DNA from: Candidatus Omnitrophota bacterium
Lineage (GTDB): Bacteria; Omnitrophota; Gorgyraeia; Zapsychrales; Zapsychraceae
Reading direction: 5' to 3'
NCBI GenBank assembly: GCA_035292445.1
Contig: DATDQB010000020.1
Coordinates: 27,484 to 91,483 of the forward strand
DNA: 64,000 nucleotides
Within the stretch, counting starts at the first letter, position 1; every line of letters begins with the position of its first letter. A program made the position numbers and the translations under genes. The notes beneath the pieces are model-generated. The model had not been told where the DNA came from and searched no databases. It saw nothing but the letters and a program-made list of their open reading frames with translations. This document shows, piece after piece, positions 37,998-48,136 of this stretch.

Positions 37998-39743
37998 TTA
38001 TAAATCGGCTTTCGAGGCACCTCGAATGGTAGGTTTTTCGTCGTTTGTCATTGTCGCTAAGTCAACTCTTTTCGAGTGTCGTCCCGGATGTCGTTTCGTA
38101 TTCTGTCCTCCCAATTCATTGACAGCCCACCAGGATAAAGCAATGATCTCTTCATCAGGTAAGTCGCTAAAATTTGTCGACACCTGCTCACCCTGCTCGC
38201 CTAACTTAAGAAAATACTGCTCGATCATATCATCATCCGCCGGGCCTTTTTTGCCCGTAACAGCTTTGGCAATAAGCCCTTTTTCTAAAGCCAAGTCCCA
38301 GAATGACGTTGCCGGATAAGCGGTCGTAAAGAAGAATACTTCCGGCTTTAAACCGATCTCCCTGCATACATCAACGGTTTCCTGGACGGTTTCCTTTGTT
38401 TCGCCGGGAGAGCCGATCATAAAAGAACAATCGGCATACCCTAAAACACGCTGCGTTTCTCTGATGGCGATCTTGATCTTCTCCGGTGTTTGGCCGCTTT
38501 TATCAATACTTTTAAGTATGATGGGGCTGGCCGTCTCGACGCCATAGCCGGCCTGCCTCATACCGACCTCATACGCTAACTCCAAGATGTTCTTCCGTCC
38601 TTGCTTTTGGGCGCGGACAACATCATCGGCGATGATATTGGTCCGGCACGTTGCCCCCCACATGACCTCAAAACCGTCTTTTTTCTTGCGATCACGCAGT
38701 TCATCGCACAATTCCATGGCCCAACGGTAATCCGTCATCAGCAGATCATCAAGGAAATGGATGTAGCCCGCGTTATAGCGCGCGCTGACGTATTGCATCT
38801 CATCCACCACTTCTTTCGGGCTTCGCAGGCGATATGTCTTCCCCAAATAAGAAGCGTAACAATAATCGCAGGCCTTGGCGGCGTAAGGGCAGCCGCGGGA
38901 GGCGATCATCTCGACAGAATTTATTGATACGCTGGCGCTTCCGTCCGACCATTTATTTTTCCAGTTCAAGTGGCCCACAGGGTTCTTTTTGTATACTTCA
39001 TCAATAGGCCATCGGGACCTTAAAGGCCATGGCAATGAATCCAAACCGAGCTCACGGGACGGCACGGATGAGCGTGAGCCGTTATTGCGGGCCTCAAACC
39101 GGCCGTTGCCCAGATCATGCCGGTAAGCGATCCCTTCAAGCCCTTCAAAAGATAACCGCTTTTCGATGCGCTGAAGAATTTCCGAAAAAATAACCTCCCC
39201 CTCTTTGATAACGGCTACGTCGATAGGCAACCTTTGGACCATAAAATCCGGCAAGCATGAGGCAATGCCGCCACCGAGAATGATCGGAATATTTGGTGCG
39301 TATTTCTTACAAAGACGCGTGATCTGCCGGATCCGCCCATATTGAGTAATGATCCCGCCGATACCAATAACATCCGGCCGGGCCTTCGACAAACATGCGA
39401 CAATATGATTTTCCACCCAACGGTCGAACTCCGCGGGCGACATTTTAATAGGTTCTTTCCTCAACGCATTAAGGTCCAATGCCTCCACGCGGTGCCCATC
39501 CATCAGCGCTACCGAAGCGACATATCCCTGGCCTAAAGGCATGATGTTCGGGTATGACCATTCGCGGATGGGCGGATTGATCAAAAGAAGCTTTAACCCC
39601 CCTTCCCGCGGGGTAAACAATTTCTCGGATTCCTCCGTCGTGATGCGCGGCCAGTTAGAATACTCTATCTGGCTGGAAAGATTAAAACGCTCGAAAAATC
39701 TTTCCGGTGCCGCCGTTTGCTCTGTAATAATTGTATCGGGCAT
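37998..39743 (-). CDS. B12-binding domain / radical SAM protein, copy 2 (non-canonical cluster spacing)
   Basis: 581 aa. It has an N-terminal B12-domain-like LKLLLINPPIRE...PLGQGYVASVAL. The cysteine cluster is SRGCPYAAKACDYC (Cx6Cx2C). It aligns to the 53661-55253 paralog. Confidence 0.7.
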   Translation of the reverse strand: MPDTIITEQTAAPERFFERFNLSSQIEYSNWPRITTEESEKLFTPREGGLKLLLINPPIREWSYPNIMPLGQGYVASVALMDGHRVEALDLNALRKEPIKMSPAEFDRWVENHIVACLSKARPDVIGIGGIITQYGRIRQITRLCKKYAPNIPIILGGGIASCLPDFMVQRLPIDVAVIKEGEVIFSEILQRIEKRLSFEGLEGIAYRHDLGNGRFEARNNGSRSSVPSRELGLDSLPWPLRSRWPIDEVYKKNPVGHLNWKNKWSDGSASVSINSVEMIASRGCPYAAKACDYCYASYLGKTYRLRSPKEVVDEMQYVSARYNAGYIHFLDDLLMTDYRWAMELCDELRDRKKKDGFEVMWGATCRTNIIADDVVRAQKQGRKNILELAYEVGMRQAGYGVETASPIILKSIDKSGQTPEKIKIAIRETQRVLGYADCSFMIGSPGETKETVQETVDVCREIGLKPEVFFFTTAYPATSFWDLALEKGLIAKAVTGKKGPADDDMIEQYFLKLGEQGEQVSTNFSDLPDEEIIALSWWAVNELGGQNTKRHPGRHSKRVDLATMTNDEKPTIRGASKADL

Positions 39744-39753
39744 AAAACCCTCC

Positions 39754-40416
39754 TTATTTTTTCACCACATAACATGGGCTTTGACAAAATGATAAATATT
39801 GAACCTGGACTTTCTTGTCCTTGAAATAATCATTCACGGCTTTTGTCTCTCCAGGGAAAAAATTATAATCATCCAAGATCAGAACGCCTCCCTTGGATAG
39901 CCGCGGGTAGAGCAGCTCTAAAATGACTTTTGAAGGCTCGTAAATATCGACATCCAGATTGATCAAAGAAACTTTCAGGTCCGGATGACTTTTAAGATAA
40001 TCCGGCAAAGTTTTTGTGATATCACCTTCGATCAGATCAATGTCCTTGTAAACGCCTTTGTGTTTCAGCACTTCGATCAATTGGTCCCGGGAAATACTCT
40101 CATCGCCGCACATGGTGATGTGGCGTTCCCGCAATCCCTTATCCGGCTCGAATGCCGTTTCAGGGAATTCCCCGAAAGAATCAAAGCCGACGATCCGTTT
40201 ATTGGATTTACCACGGATCAGTTCACGAAACGCCGCAAAGCGCACGAGAGAACACCCCTTTAATATTCCGAATTCCATGATGTCACCGGGGACATCCAAC
40301 GCCATTTTAAAGAGCTCATAATGCGCGATGATTTTCTTCAGACGCGAGTTGTCGCAGGAAAGATAAAAATTATTTTCATAATCGAATGTTTTGTCAAAAT
40401 CCGGTAATGTGATCAT
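39754..40416 (-). CDS. Macrocin-O-methyltransferase (TylF)-family SAM-dependent O-methyltransferase
   Basis: 220 aa. GDIMEFGILKGCS is present, and the C-terminal acidic metal-binding region (DDYNFFPGE) is typical of TylF/MycF sugar O-methyltransferases. Confidence 0.6.
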   Translation of the reverse strand: MITLPDFDKTFDYENNFYLSCDNSRLKKIIAHYELFKMALDVPGDIMEFGILKGCSLVRFAAFRELIRGKSNKRIVGFDSFGEFPETAFEPDKGLRERHITMCGDESISRDQLIEVLKHKGVYKDIDLIEGDITKTLPDYLKSHPDLKVSLINLDVDIYEPSKVILELLYPRLSKGGVLILDDYNFFPGETKAVNDYFKDKKVQVQYLSFCQSPCYVVKK

Positions 40417-40418
40417 GG

Positions 40419-41642
40419 TCAGACTCCTACTGATACCTTTTCCTCAACGGCACTCAGCAACCCTTCGATGACACGCTCGCAGTCTCTGCGGCTCATGGCC
40501 GGATATAAAGGAAGGGTGATCGCGGTATCGTAATATTTCTCAGCCTGCGGAAAATCGCCTCTTTTATACCCGAACCGGTCCCTGTAAAAAGGAAGAAAAT
40601 GTATCGGGATATAGTGGACGTGCACGCCGATCTTTTTGGCCCTTAATTCCTCGAATATTTTCCGCCGAGATTTCTTCAGATTGGCCGGATTTAATCGCAC
40701 CATATATAAATGCCAGGTGTTCTGCCGGTCATTTTCCTGATAAGGAACGATCAATTTGTTGGACCTGGAAAAGGCCTGATCGTATAAAGCAGCGATCTCA
40801 CGGCGGCGCTTTAGGAAACGGTCCAATTTCTTCAACTGGCTCAAACCCAACGCGCATTGCATATCGGTGATGCGGTAATTGAACCCCAAGGCTTGCATCT
40901 CGTAATACCACGGGGCTTTTGTCTTGCTCTTCTCACCGTTATTGAAGGTGTTCTCATTATCCGCAGCCTGCTCCGTCAAAAGCATGTCCTCATCAAGATT
41001 GGTGATCCCATGCGTTCGAAATAATTTAATCTTTTTGGCGAATTGCGCGTCATTGGTCGTTACCATCCCCCCTTCGCCGGTCGTGATATGCTTGACCGGA
41101 TGAAAAGAGAAGATCGTCATATCCGTGAGGCTGCCAACGGGCCGATCCTTATAGGTCGCACCGAGTGCGTGGGCCGCGTCTTCAATGACAATGAGGTTAT
41201 GTTTCCTGGCAATGGCGTTGATCTCATCCATATCGCACGGCTGGCCGGTAAAATCAACAGGGATGATGGCCTTTGTTCGCGGCGTAATGGCTTTCTCCAA
41301 CTTTTTGGGGTCCATGCAATACGTGTCGGGTTTGATATCCGCGAACTTGACCTTGGCTCCTAGAAAAAGCGCGCAATTCCCGCTGGCCGAAAATGAGATC
41401 GGGGAAGTGATGACCTCGTCCCCTTCGCCCACCCCCGCCGCGAAACACGCGCAATGAAGGGCCGCAGTACCTGTAGCCACCGCCACCGCGTATTTGGCGC
41501 CCACCCGTTTGGCGATCGCCTCTTCAAACTCGGCGATCTTGGGCCCTTGGGTGAGCCAATCGCTTTTCAAGACCTCGACAACGGCTTCGATATCGTCGTC
41601 TTCGATCGTTTGTTTTCCGTAAGGAATAAATGATTCAGGCAT
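40419..41642 (-). CDS. DegT/DnrJ/EryC1/StrS-family PLP-dependent sugar aminotransferase (PseC/LegC-like)
   Basis: 407 aa. The catalytic Lys block is FSFHPVKHITTGEGGMV. Confidence 0.85.
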   Translation of the reverse strand: MPESFIPYGKQTIEDDDIEAVVEVLKSDWLTQGPKIAEFEEAIAKRVGAKYAVAVATGTAALHCACFAAGVGEGDEVITSPISFSASGNCALFLGAKVKFADIKPDTYCMDPKKLEKAITPRTKAIIPVDFTGQPCDMDEINAIARKHNLIVIEDAAHALGATYKDRPVGSLTDMTIFSFHPVKHITTGEGGMVTTNDAQFAKKIKLFRTHGITNLDEDMLLTEQAADNENTFNNGEKSKTKAPWYYEMQALGFNYRITDMQCALGLSQLKKLDRFLKRRREIAALYDQAFSRSNKLIVPYQENDRQNTWHLYMVRLNPANLKKSRRKIFEELRAKKIGVHVHYIPIHFLPFYRDRFGYKRGDFPQAEKYYDTAITLPLYPAMSRRDCERVIEGLLSAVEEKVSVGV

Positions 41643-41655
41643 ACTCCAGAGTCCT

Positions 41656-43089
41656 TTACCTGTAATTCAGCTCTTTTAAGCTGGCGATGTTGCTGTATTG
41701 GGGCAGATCAAGGTCCCCAAAATTATCAAAACTTTCATAAACCGCTTTCATCTCTTTTAAACCGTCCTTGACACTTACTTTCGATTTGAACCCGAGGACC
41801 TTCTCGATCTTCGAAAAATCGACGCGGTAATTGCGCTGGTCCACGATCTTTTCCTGGATCTCGACCATCGTGCCGGGAAAAACTTCTTGCGTCATTTTGG
41901 CCAGCTCGGCGATGGTATGGTTTTGTTCACCTGCGCCGACATTAAAACATTGCGCCCGCACCTCTTCGATGGGCGCGTCTAATGTCTTAATAATGGCCTC
42001 ACAAACATCCTGAACATGGACATTGGGCCGCCACTGGTTGCCGCCGAAAACATCGATCTTTCCCTTCTGAAGGGCGTTCTTGGCGAAGGTATTAACGACC
42101 AGGTCAAAACGGGGCCGAAAAGAATGCCCGAACACTGTCCCAAGCCTTAAGATCGTGGGCGCGAATAACGGATTCGGAAGGTTACAGACAGAAAGGATCG
42201 ATTCCTCGACCAGCGCTTTGATCCGCGCGTACAATGATACCGGCTGTAGAGGGGATTCTTCCGTCAAGAAAACATCCGGATTCTCGCTGGCGCCATAAAC
42301 GCTGCATGACGATGTATAGATGAACCGGTTGATATTCAAATGGGAGCATAAATGCGCCATGGACGTCACGGAAAGATAGTTGGTCTTAAGCGTTGTTTGT
42401 GGGGCCAGGGAACACGCCGGGTCTCCCACGAGCTCTGCCAGATAGACGACCGCATCCACCCCATCGACAGCCTGCACGATGTCATCGATATTGGTCGCGT
42501 CCCCCTGGATCAGAGTGAAATAGTTCGGATCAAGCCCTTTGAGGGAATTGTCGGAATAAATCAATTTATCCAGGACCCGTACGTGCCAGCCCAACCGGAT
42601 AAGATTGCGCACCAAAACCGACCCGATGTACCCGGCGCCGCCGACGACAAGAACGGTATGCCGCGCCAATTTTACATCGGATGACTGTTCATACTGTCCA
42701 AGTGACTCTAGGTTGATCATACCCAAAACTTTTGATTCATCAGAAACGACCGGAACCATCGCGTAAAGGAACTGCACTTGGCCGTAGCGCTGTTTGATAT
42801 CTTCAATTATCTCGCTTATTTTGTATTCTTTATTGAATTGATTCTCTTGAATGTAAACAGGCGATTGATTCATGATCGCTTTTAAGGGCGTGCTGACCGA
42901 ATGGCCATGAAGGATCGCTTTGCGTAAATCTCCGGGGGAGACGACACCGCGGAGCTTATAGTCCTTATCAACGATCATTACGATCGTCCATTGACGCCCT
43001 TCCACCAGCTGTAAGGCGTCCGAGATCTTATTTTCCTCCCGCAGGCATTCGGCCTTGATCAACTGAGAGCTCTTTAATTTTCTAGGCAT
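41656..43089 (-). CDS. CBS-pair domain fused to NAD-dependent nucleotide-sugar dehydratase/epimerase (PseB/LegB-like candidate)
   Basis: 477 aa. It has an N-terminal CBS pair, then the Rossmann motif VLVVGGAGYIGSVLVRNL, TSSCSVYG and a YARIK catalytic pair. Confidence 0.7.
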   Translation of the reverse strand: MPRKLKSSQLIKAECLREENKISDALQLVEGRQWTIVMIVDKDYKLRGVVSPGDLRKAILHGHSVSTPLKAIMNQSPVYIQENQFNKEYKISEIIEDIKQRYGQVQFLYAMVPVVSDESKVLGMINLESLGQYEQSSDVKLARHTVLVVGGAGYIGSVLVRNLIRLGWHVRVLDKLIYSDNSLKGLDPNYFTLIQGDATNIDDIVQAVDGVDAVVYLAELVGDPACSLAPQTTLKTNYLSVTSMAHLCSHLNINRFIYTSSCSVYGASENPDVFLTEESPLQPVSLYARIKALVEESILSVCNLPNPLFAPTILRLGTVFGHSFRPRFDLVVNTFAKNALQKGKIDVFGGNQWRPNVHVQDVCEAIIKTLDAPIEEVRAQCFNVGAGEQNHTIAELAKMTQEVFPGTMVEIQEKIVDQRNYRVDFSKIEKVLGFKSKVSVKDGLKEMKAVYESFDNFGDLDLPQYSNIASLKELNYR

Positions 43090-43098
43090 ATGTTCCCC

Positions 43099-43539
43099 CT
43101 ATCTTTCTTCGATCTTCCACGGGTCCCAATATTTGGCGTCATAACGGTAATCGTCCCCGAGGCTTTCCTGCAGGGTCGATGTCGAATAGAAGATTACCTT
43201 CGTGTCTTTTGTCAACGTCTTGAACCCGTTGGCATAACCGGCAGGGATCATCAATACGGCCGGCGTCTTCTCGCTAAGCACAAAACGTTCGACCTTCGCG
43301 TCTTTACTGGGACTCTTCCAGTCGTCTATCTTGACCGCCGCAAGGATCGCCGAACCGCAGGTGACGCTCGCATATTTCGCTTCTTTTTTATGGGCATGCC
43401 AAGCCCGGATGAACCCCGCGCGGTGGTTTGAAACGATATAAAACCGCCGGATATCTTTCATATCGAAATCATTGCAGAACTGGATCTGCCCCCGGTCATC
43501 GACGGCCAGTCCGCCTTTTATCAATTTGACTTCATCCAT
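43099..43539 (-). CDS. FdtA/WxcM-like cupin (NDP-4-keto-6-deoxy-sugar 3,4-ketoisomerase family)
   Basis: 146 aa. GFIRAWHAHKKEAKY matches the FdtA RGFHAHKK motif. Confidence 0.6.
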   Translation of the reverse strand: MDEVKLIKGGLAVDDRGQIQFCNDFDMKDIRRFYIVSNHRAGFIRAWHAHKKEAKYASVTCGSAILAAVKIDDWKSPSKDAKVERFVLSEKTPAVLMIPAGYANGFKTLTKDTKVIFYSTSTLQESLGDDYRYDAKYWDPWKIEER

Positions 43540-44781
43540 TTAGTTCTCCTTATCCCCATAGACCGTATGCCGCAATTTCCATTGCCCGCCCTCTTTGCGC
43601 CAAAGGTGAGGTGAGCGGAATTCATCACATAATTCATGAAACCGTGCTTGGTCCATGCCGATATGCCCCATAACCTCTTTAAAATATTTTTCCGGGAACT
43701 CCCCGTCAAAACGTTTGACGAGCGCGATCCCTTCTTCACGGGAAATATGCCTATTACGGATCTCTTGCGAAGCATCATATGTTGCACGCCCAATACCGAA
43801 CTTTATATACGTTGTGTAATAGTGAAACCCGTCAATTTTATCGTCCAAGCTGTTATATTTGCTGTATGTCCCTTCGGAACGGACAGGGTTTGCCTGAAAT
43901 CCCGCATTTTCAACCGAATAATAATACGCCTCTTGAGGCGTCCACTTCAAATAGTAGCCCAAGTAATGCACCTCTATTTTATGCTGTTCGATTTCTCTAT
44001 AATCCGCGGGCAAATATATTTTTATTTCGTGATCGCTTAGGCCATATTTTTCCTTTAATTCACGAACGGAAACCCCGCTGATAAATAGCTCTTCATAACG
44101 ATTGGCCGAATAATAGGATTTATCGCGCAACGATGTTTGGTTATCCGCGAAAGGATTCCCGTATTCCGACTCATTTTCCCCGTAAAATATAAGCGGGATA
44201 TTAAATTTTATAGCGATCTTGGGTGCTAAGTTCTTTTGGCCTAAAATGAACGGCTGAAAGGGATGCAGGAGGTTCTCGATCGCCAGGCGTGTTAATAACG
44301 TGTGCACGCTCCCATTATAATTAAAAGAAATATTATCGAATCCCCCCTTATCAATCCAGTTCCGGAAGTTCTTGTACCCGACATCTGTATAAAGGATCGG
44401 CGGCCACGTAACCGTTAAGGGATGCATGCCATATTTTGTTTTCAGGACATGGGACTGTAAGATACTGTCTTTCCCCCCGCTTCCTGGGACAATGCAGTCA
44501 TATTCTCCGTCATGGCGGCGGTACTTATCGCACAACGCCTGCAATTCCATCTCCCGCTGCTTCCAATCAATTGTTTCTTTTATATCCGCATAACGGCACG
44601 CATCACAGATGCCATCGTCACCGATCCTGATGGTTGAGTGGGCCTTATTGACGGCGTGTTTAAATTCGATCGAAGAAGACGGCCGCTGATTGGAGATGAC
44701 GCATCGCTTGCAGAACTTCACCTCTTTAGGCAACCCATATTTTACTTCCAACTCTTCTTTTATATTCTCTTGAACGCCCAT
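43540..44781 (-). CDS. N-acetyl sugar amidotransferase (PP-loop family), copy 2
   Basis: 413 aa. It has a zinc ribbon (CKRC...CDAC) and the PP-loop IVPGSGGKDS. It is a paralog of 35983-37179. Confidence 0.8.
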   Translation of the reverse strand: MGVQENIKEELEVKYGLPKEVKFCKRCVISNQRPSSSIEFKHAVNKAHSTIRIGDDGICDACRYADIKETIDWKQREMELQALCDKYRRHDGEYDCIVPGSGGKDSILQSHVLKTKYGMHPLTVTWPPILYTDVGYKNFRNWIDKGGFDNISFNYNGSVHTLLTRLAIENLLHPFQPFILGQKNLAPKIAIKFNIPLIFYGENESEYGNPFADNQTSLRDKSYYSANRYEELFISGVSVRELKEKYGLSDHEIKIYLPADYREIEQHKIEVHYLGYYLKWTPQEAYYYSVENAGFQANPVRSEGTYSKYNSLDDKIDGFHYYTTYIKFGIGRATYDASQEIRNRHISREEGIALVKRFDGEFPEKYFKEVMGHIGMDQARFHELCDEFRSPHLWRKEGGQWKLRHTVYGDKEN

Positions 44782-44826
44782 TGAATCATTCCTCTCTAAA
44801 TCATAACAGCCAAGTTAGAATGAAAA

Positions 44827-44961
44827 TTCCAAGAAACAAGATACAATAACCAAACAATCATCAATAAACAAATTCCAAATTCAAAACCGACCCAAGTTTG
44901 GTCTATTTGGTTATTGTTATTTGGGTATTGTTTGTTTCTTGTACCTTGGTTATTGGTTATT
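44827..44961. repeat. Imperfect palindromic intergenic repeat element, copy A (about 135 nt)
   Basis: Left arm ttccaagaaacaagatacaataaccaaacaat...ccaaattcaaaaccgacc. Right arm ggtctatttggttattg...tttgtttcttgtaccttgg. The arms are mutually reverse-complementary (caagaaacaa against ttgtttcttg). It shares words (aacaagataca, ccaaattcaaaa, tcttgtaccttgg) with the element at 53499-53635. Confidence 0.55.
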
Positions 44962-44982
44962 TCACGCATAGTATTGTTTGAC

Positions 44983-45867
44983 TTATACAGCCTTCGTCAA
45001 TTCCCCGCTGTCAGCGGTTTTATGCCGGCATGAAATGCCCTGCTTGGTCAGGTATTCCTTAATGGTGGCCAAACTTGCTTTTTCCAATTTTGACGAAAAT
45101 TTCCCTTTTTTCAGGAATTCAACGTTGCCTTCACCCTGATAATCGGATTCAAAGCTGTGGTTCTCGATAAATTCATAATGGATCATTGAAGCCAGACTGA
45201 CGGCATCGGCCTTGCCCTCAGTAATAACTTCCTTAATATGTTCCAATTTGCCGGCGCCGCCGTTGGCGATGACCGGAACGGAAACATTCTCTGAGATCAT
45301 TTTTGTAAGGGCTATGTCATAGCCTTGCCCGGTCCCCTCCCGGTCTACGGAGGTGACCATGATCTCACCGGCCCCCAGGCCAACAGCTTCCTGCGCCCAT
45401 TCAAAGGCGTCCCTGCCCGTATATTCACGGCCGTTATCCGTGTAAACCAGATACCGCCCATCCGGCTGCTTAATGGCTTCTATAGAGACTAATATCGTTG
45501 AAGAACCAAAAACCCGCGCTGCTTCCGTGATCAGCGATGGATTATTGACCGCTGCCGTGTTCAAAGACACCTTATCCGCCCCGGCCCTTAAGACAGCGCG
45601 GATATCCTCAATACTTCGCAAGCCCCCGCCTACGGTAAGCGGTATGAACGATTCCCTGGCTGTGCGCTCAACAATATCCAGCAAATTATTACGCCCATAC
45701 AAACTCGCGACCACGTCCATATAAATAAGTTCGTCAGCGCCATTCTCATAATAGAATCTTGAGAAATTCTCGGGCTTTCCCAGCACACGCAAGCCTTCTA
45801 AGTGAATGCCCTTCACTAAATTAGGCCCTTTGATATCCATCCTGGCTATGACACGAATGTTCTTCAT
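44983..45867 (-). CDS. HisF-like cyclase subunit, copy 2 (C-terminally extended)
   Basis: 294 aa. IRVIARMDIKGPNLVKGIHLEG...DELIYMDVVAS...PLTVGGGLRS is present. No adjacent HisH partner is visible. Confidence 0.75.
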   Translation of the reverse strand: MKNIRVIARMDIKGPNLVKGIHLEGLRVLGKPENFSRFYYENGADELIYMDVVASLYGRNNLLDIVERTARESFIPLTVGGGLRSIEDIRAVLRAGADKVSLNTAAVNNPSLITEAARVFGSSTILVSIEAIKQPDGRYLVYTDNGREYTGRDAFEWAQEAVGLGAGEIMVTSVDREGTGQGYDIALTKMISENVSVPVIANGGAGKLEHIKEVITEGKADAVSLASMIHYEFIENHSFESDYQGEGNVEFLKKGKFSSKLEKASLATIKEYLTKQGISCRHKTADSGELTKAV

Positions 45868-47057
45868 GAGAACCTTAGATCATAAAATTGTTTTTTTAAT
45901 AAATGTTGTGCGATCTTAGTGCTTTTGATCTTATCCTTGATGCGCCTGCTTACTTTTCCGTCGCGATACCGTTCATAAGGATTGGGCTTGCGGCTGATGC
46001 GCCTTGCGAACGGCTTCGATAATCCCTTTTTGATACCTGCGAGTATCCCGGATTTCGTGCCTTGGACATCGATCACATTAGTGCCGCGCACGCGCCCCTT
46101 TTGACGGTCCCCGATATTGACCACCGGAATCCCGAACGATGCCGCCTCGATGATCCCGCTCGATGAATTTCCGACCATGATATCGCAATGCTGCAGGCAG
46201 CTCATATAACGCAACTGCCCCAAACTATCGAATAATCTGTTATTTCGTCCATTTTGCAGGCAAAACTTTTTAATTGTCTCATTGATCGACCGTCCGCCCA
46301 TATCAGCATTTGCCTTTGTAAAGATCGCACGCATGTTCGTCTGTTTAAGCGCGGAACAGATGCCTTTGATCTGGGCGGCCGGCGATTTGCCGTTCAGCGT
46401 CTCGGGATGGAACGTCACCAAAGCCGTCGGCCTGCTCAGATCCATTCGAAGCTCACGGGCCAATTCCCGTTTGTTCAATAATTTCTGCTTATGGACCACA
46501 TCCAACCCCGGCGCCCCGAAATTGAAAACCGATTCCGGTCGCTCTCCCATTTGAATGACGCGCTTTCGGTAATCCTCTGTAGAAACGAAATGAAGTGTTG
46601 CCATCTTGGTTATGGAATGGCGGATCCCTTCGTCAACAACCCCTTGCGTTGATTCTCCCCCATGAATATGCGCAATGGGGATCCGCGCCATATATGCGGC
46701 GATGGCCGAAGACAGGATCTCGAAGCGATCCCCTAAAAGAACGACCCAGTCAGGTTTTAACCGAAAGAACGCTTTGGCAAACAACCGGCATCCCAACCCT
46801 ATAGACTCCGTTACTCCCAAAGAAGTATCATCAAAACGCAACACATTGACTTTTTCATCGATATCAAACCCGTCTTTCAGGATAGTCTTATAGGTCATTC
46901 CGTGCTCTTTTGATAGATGCATCCCGGATACAACAAGCTGAAGCTTCAATGCCTTGTCCTTCTTGACTTCCTTTAAGAACTCATAGAGAAGGCCATAATC
47001 AGCCCTTGAGCCGGTGACCACACAGATCTTTTTACGTTTTAAGCGAGTTGTTCCCAT
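45864..47057 (-). CDS. UDP-N-acetylglucosamine 2-epimerase, hydrolysing type (NeuC/LegG family)
   Basis: 397 aa. The NeuC N-terminal signature is ICVVTGSRADYGLLYEFLKEV...QLVVSGMHL. Confidence 0.85.
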   Translation of the reverse strand: MGTTRLKRKKICVVTGSRADYGLLYEFLKEVKKDKALKLQLVVSGMHLSKEHGMTYKTILKDGFDIDEKVNVLRFDDTSLGVTESIGLGCRLFAKAFFRLKPDWVVLLGDRFEILSSAIAAYMARIPIAHIHGGESTQGVVDEGIRHSITKMATLHFVSTEDYRKRVIQMGERPESVFNFGAPGLDVVHKQKLLNKRELARELRMDLSRPTALVTFHPETLNGKSPAAQIKGICSALKQTNMRAIFTKANADMGGRSINETIKKFCLQNGRNNRLFDSLGQLRYMSCLQHCDIMVGNSSSGIIEAASFGIPVVNIGDRQKGRVRGTNVIDVQGTKSGILAGIKKGLSKPFARRISRKPNPYERYRDGKVSRRIKDKIKSTKIAQHLLKKQFYDLRFS

Positions 47058-48136
47058 TTGATAACGGAGTCCTCCGGGATCCTTCTTTGTACTATTCTGC
47101 CGACGACACGATTGATATCCTTAGGAGCGATGCCTGTGCCCGGTCTTTTCACCACAATATCCCGGTCTGTGATCATCTGTCCTTTTTTCAGCCCATGTAC
47201 CGCGACCAGGCTTTTGCGGGCGATATTCCTATTCTTCATTTCACATGCTGCCGCAGATTTAATGCCGTTTCCCAAACTTAACGTCACATGGCGGATCATA
47301 CGAACCATTTTTTTGAATTCATCCGGCTCCATGGACGCCTTGTGATCTGGTCCCCTCATAACGCGGTCCAACGTGATATGTTTCTCGATGACGCGGGCAC
47401 CCAAAGCGACCGCGGCCACCGCCACTTCAACTCCCAGCGTATGGTCTGAGTATCCTACGGGCAGCTTAAATTGCTTTTCCAAGCTCAACATGGCTTTCAA
47501 GTTCACATCCTTGTACGGGGCCGGATATTCGCTGACACAATGCAGCAAAATGATCTTTGTATTTCCCGCTTTCCTGATGATCTGGACCGCTTCTTGTACT
47601 TCATCCATATTGGACATCCCCGTTGAGAGGATCATTTCCTTCTTTTTCTTGGCGATATATTCTAAGAGCAGTAAATGGGTCAGATCGCCCGAGGAGATCT
47701 TATAGACCTGCACTTTTAAACGCTCCAACAGATCAACGCTTTCAAAATCGAAAGGTGTCGACAAAAAAAGGATCTTCCTCTTTTTGCAATGGTCCTTTAA
47801 TTCTTTAAAACCCTCGAAAGGCAATTCCAATTTTCTAATCAGATCATACTGATCGCGGATATCCGCACCTACATTCCTTCTTTGATAATCCGCCAATTTT
47901 GTTCTTCTCGATAACAGATTCTGTGCCTTGAACGTTTGAAACTTTATACCGTCCGCCCCCGCATTTTTTGCAGCGTCAATAAGCTGTTTGGCAATCTTCA
48001 TATTTCCGTTATGATTGACGCCTGCTTCGGCAATAATAAAAACGTGATTACTGGATAATAGACGCGATGTCACTAACAGCTCCTTTTCGGCGGGCCGGTG
48101 TCCCCCAATATGTGCCCGCTTCTTTGCAATCATCAA
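47039..48136 (-). CDS. NeuB-family nonulosonic acid synthase, copy 2
   Basis: About 365 aa. VFIIAEAGVNHNGNMKIAKQLIDAAKNAGADGIKFQTF is present. The track start is a TTG codon, and the true start is probably further in, to limit overlap with the upstream acetyltransferase. Confidence 0.85.
   Translation of the reverse strand: MMIAKKRAHIGGHRPAEKELLVTSRLLSSNHVFIIAEAGVNHNGNMKIAKQLIDAAKNAGADGIKFQTFKAQNLLSRRTKLADYQRRNVGADIRDQYDLIRKLELPFEGFKELKDHCKKRKILFLSTPFDFESVDLLERLKVQVYKISSGDLTHLLLLEYIAKKKKEMILSTGMSNMDEVQEAVQIIRKAGNTKIILLHCVSEYPAPYKDVNLKAMLSLEKQFKLPVGYSDHTLGVEVAVAAVALGARVIEKHITLDRVMRGPDHKASMEPDEFKKMVRMIRHVTLSLGNGIKSAAACEMKNRNIARKSLVAVHGLKKGQMITDRDIVVKRPGTGIAPKDINRVVGRIVQRRIPEDSVIKWEQLA

Noticed and set aside
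43521-43793. 90-aa minus-strand ORF bridging the cupin and PP-loop genes
   Set aside because: It is out of frame with, and nested in, the well-supported PP-loop amidotransferase gene. It is spurious.
44782-44982. CRISPR array or tandem repeat in the intergenic repeats
   Set aside because: Only two related copies exist, they are 8.7 kb apart, each is self-palindromic rather than repeat-spacer organised, and no cas genes are present.
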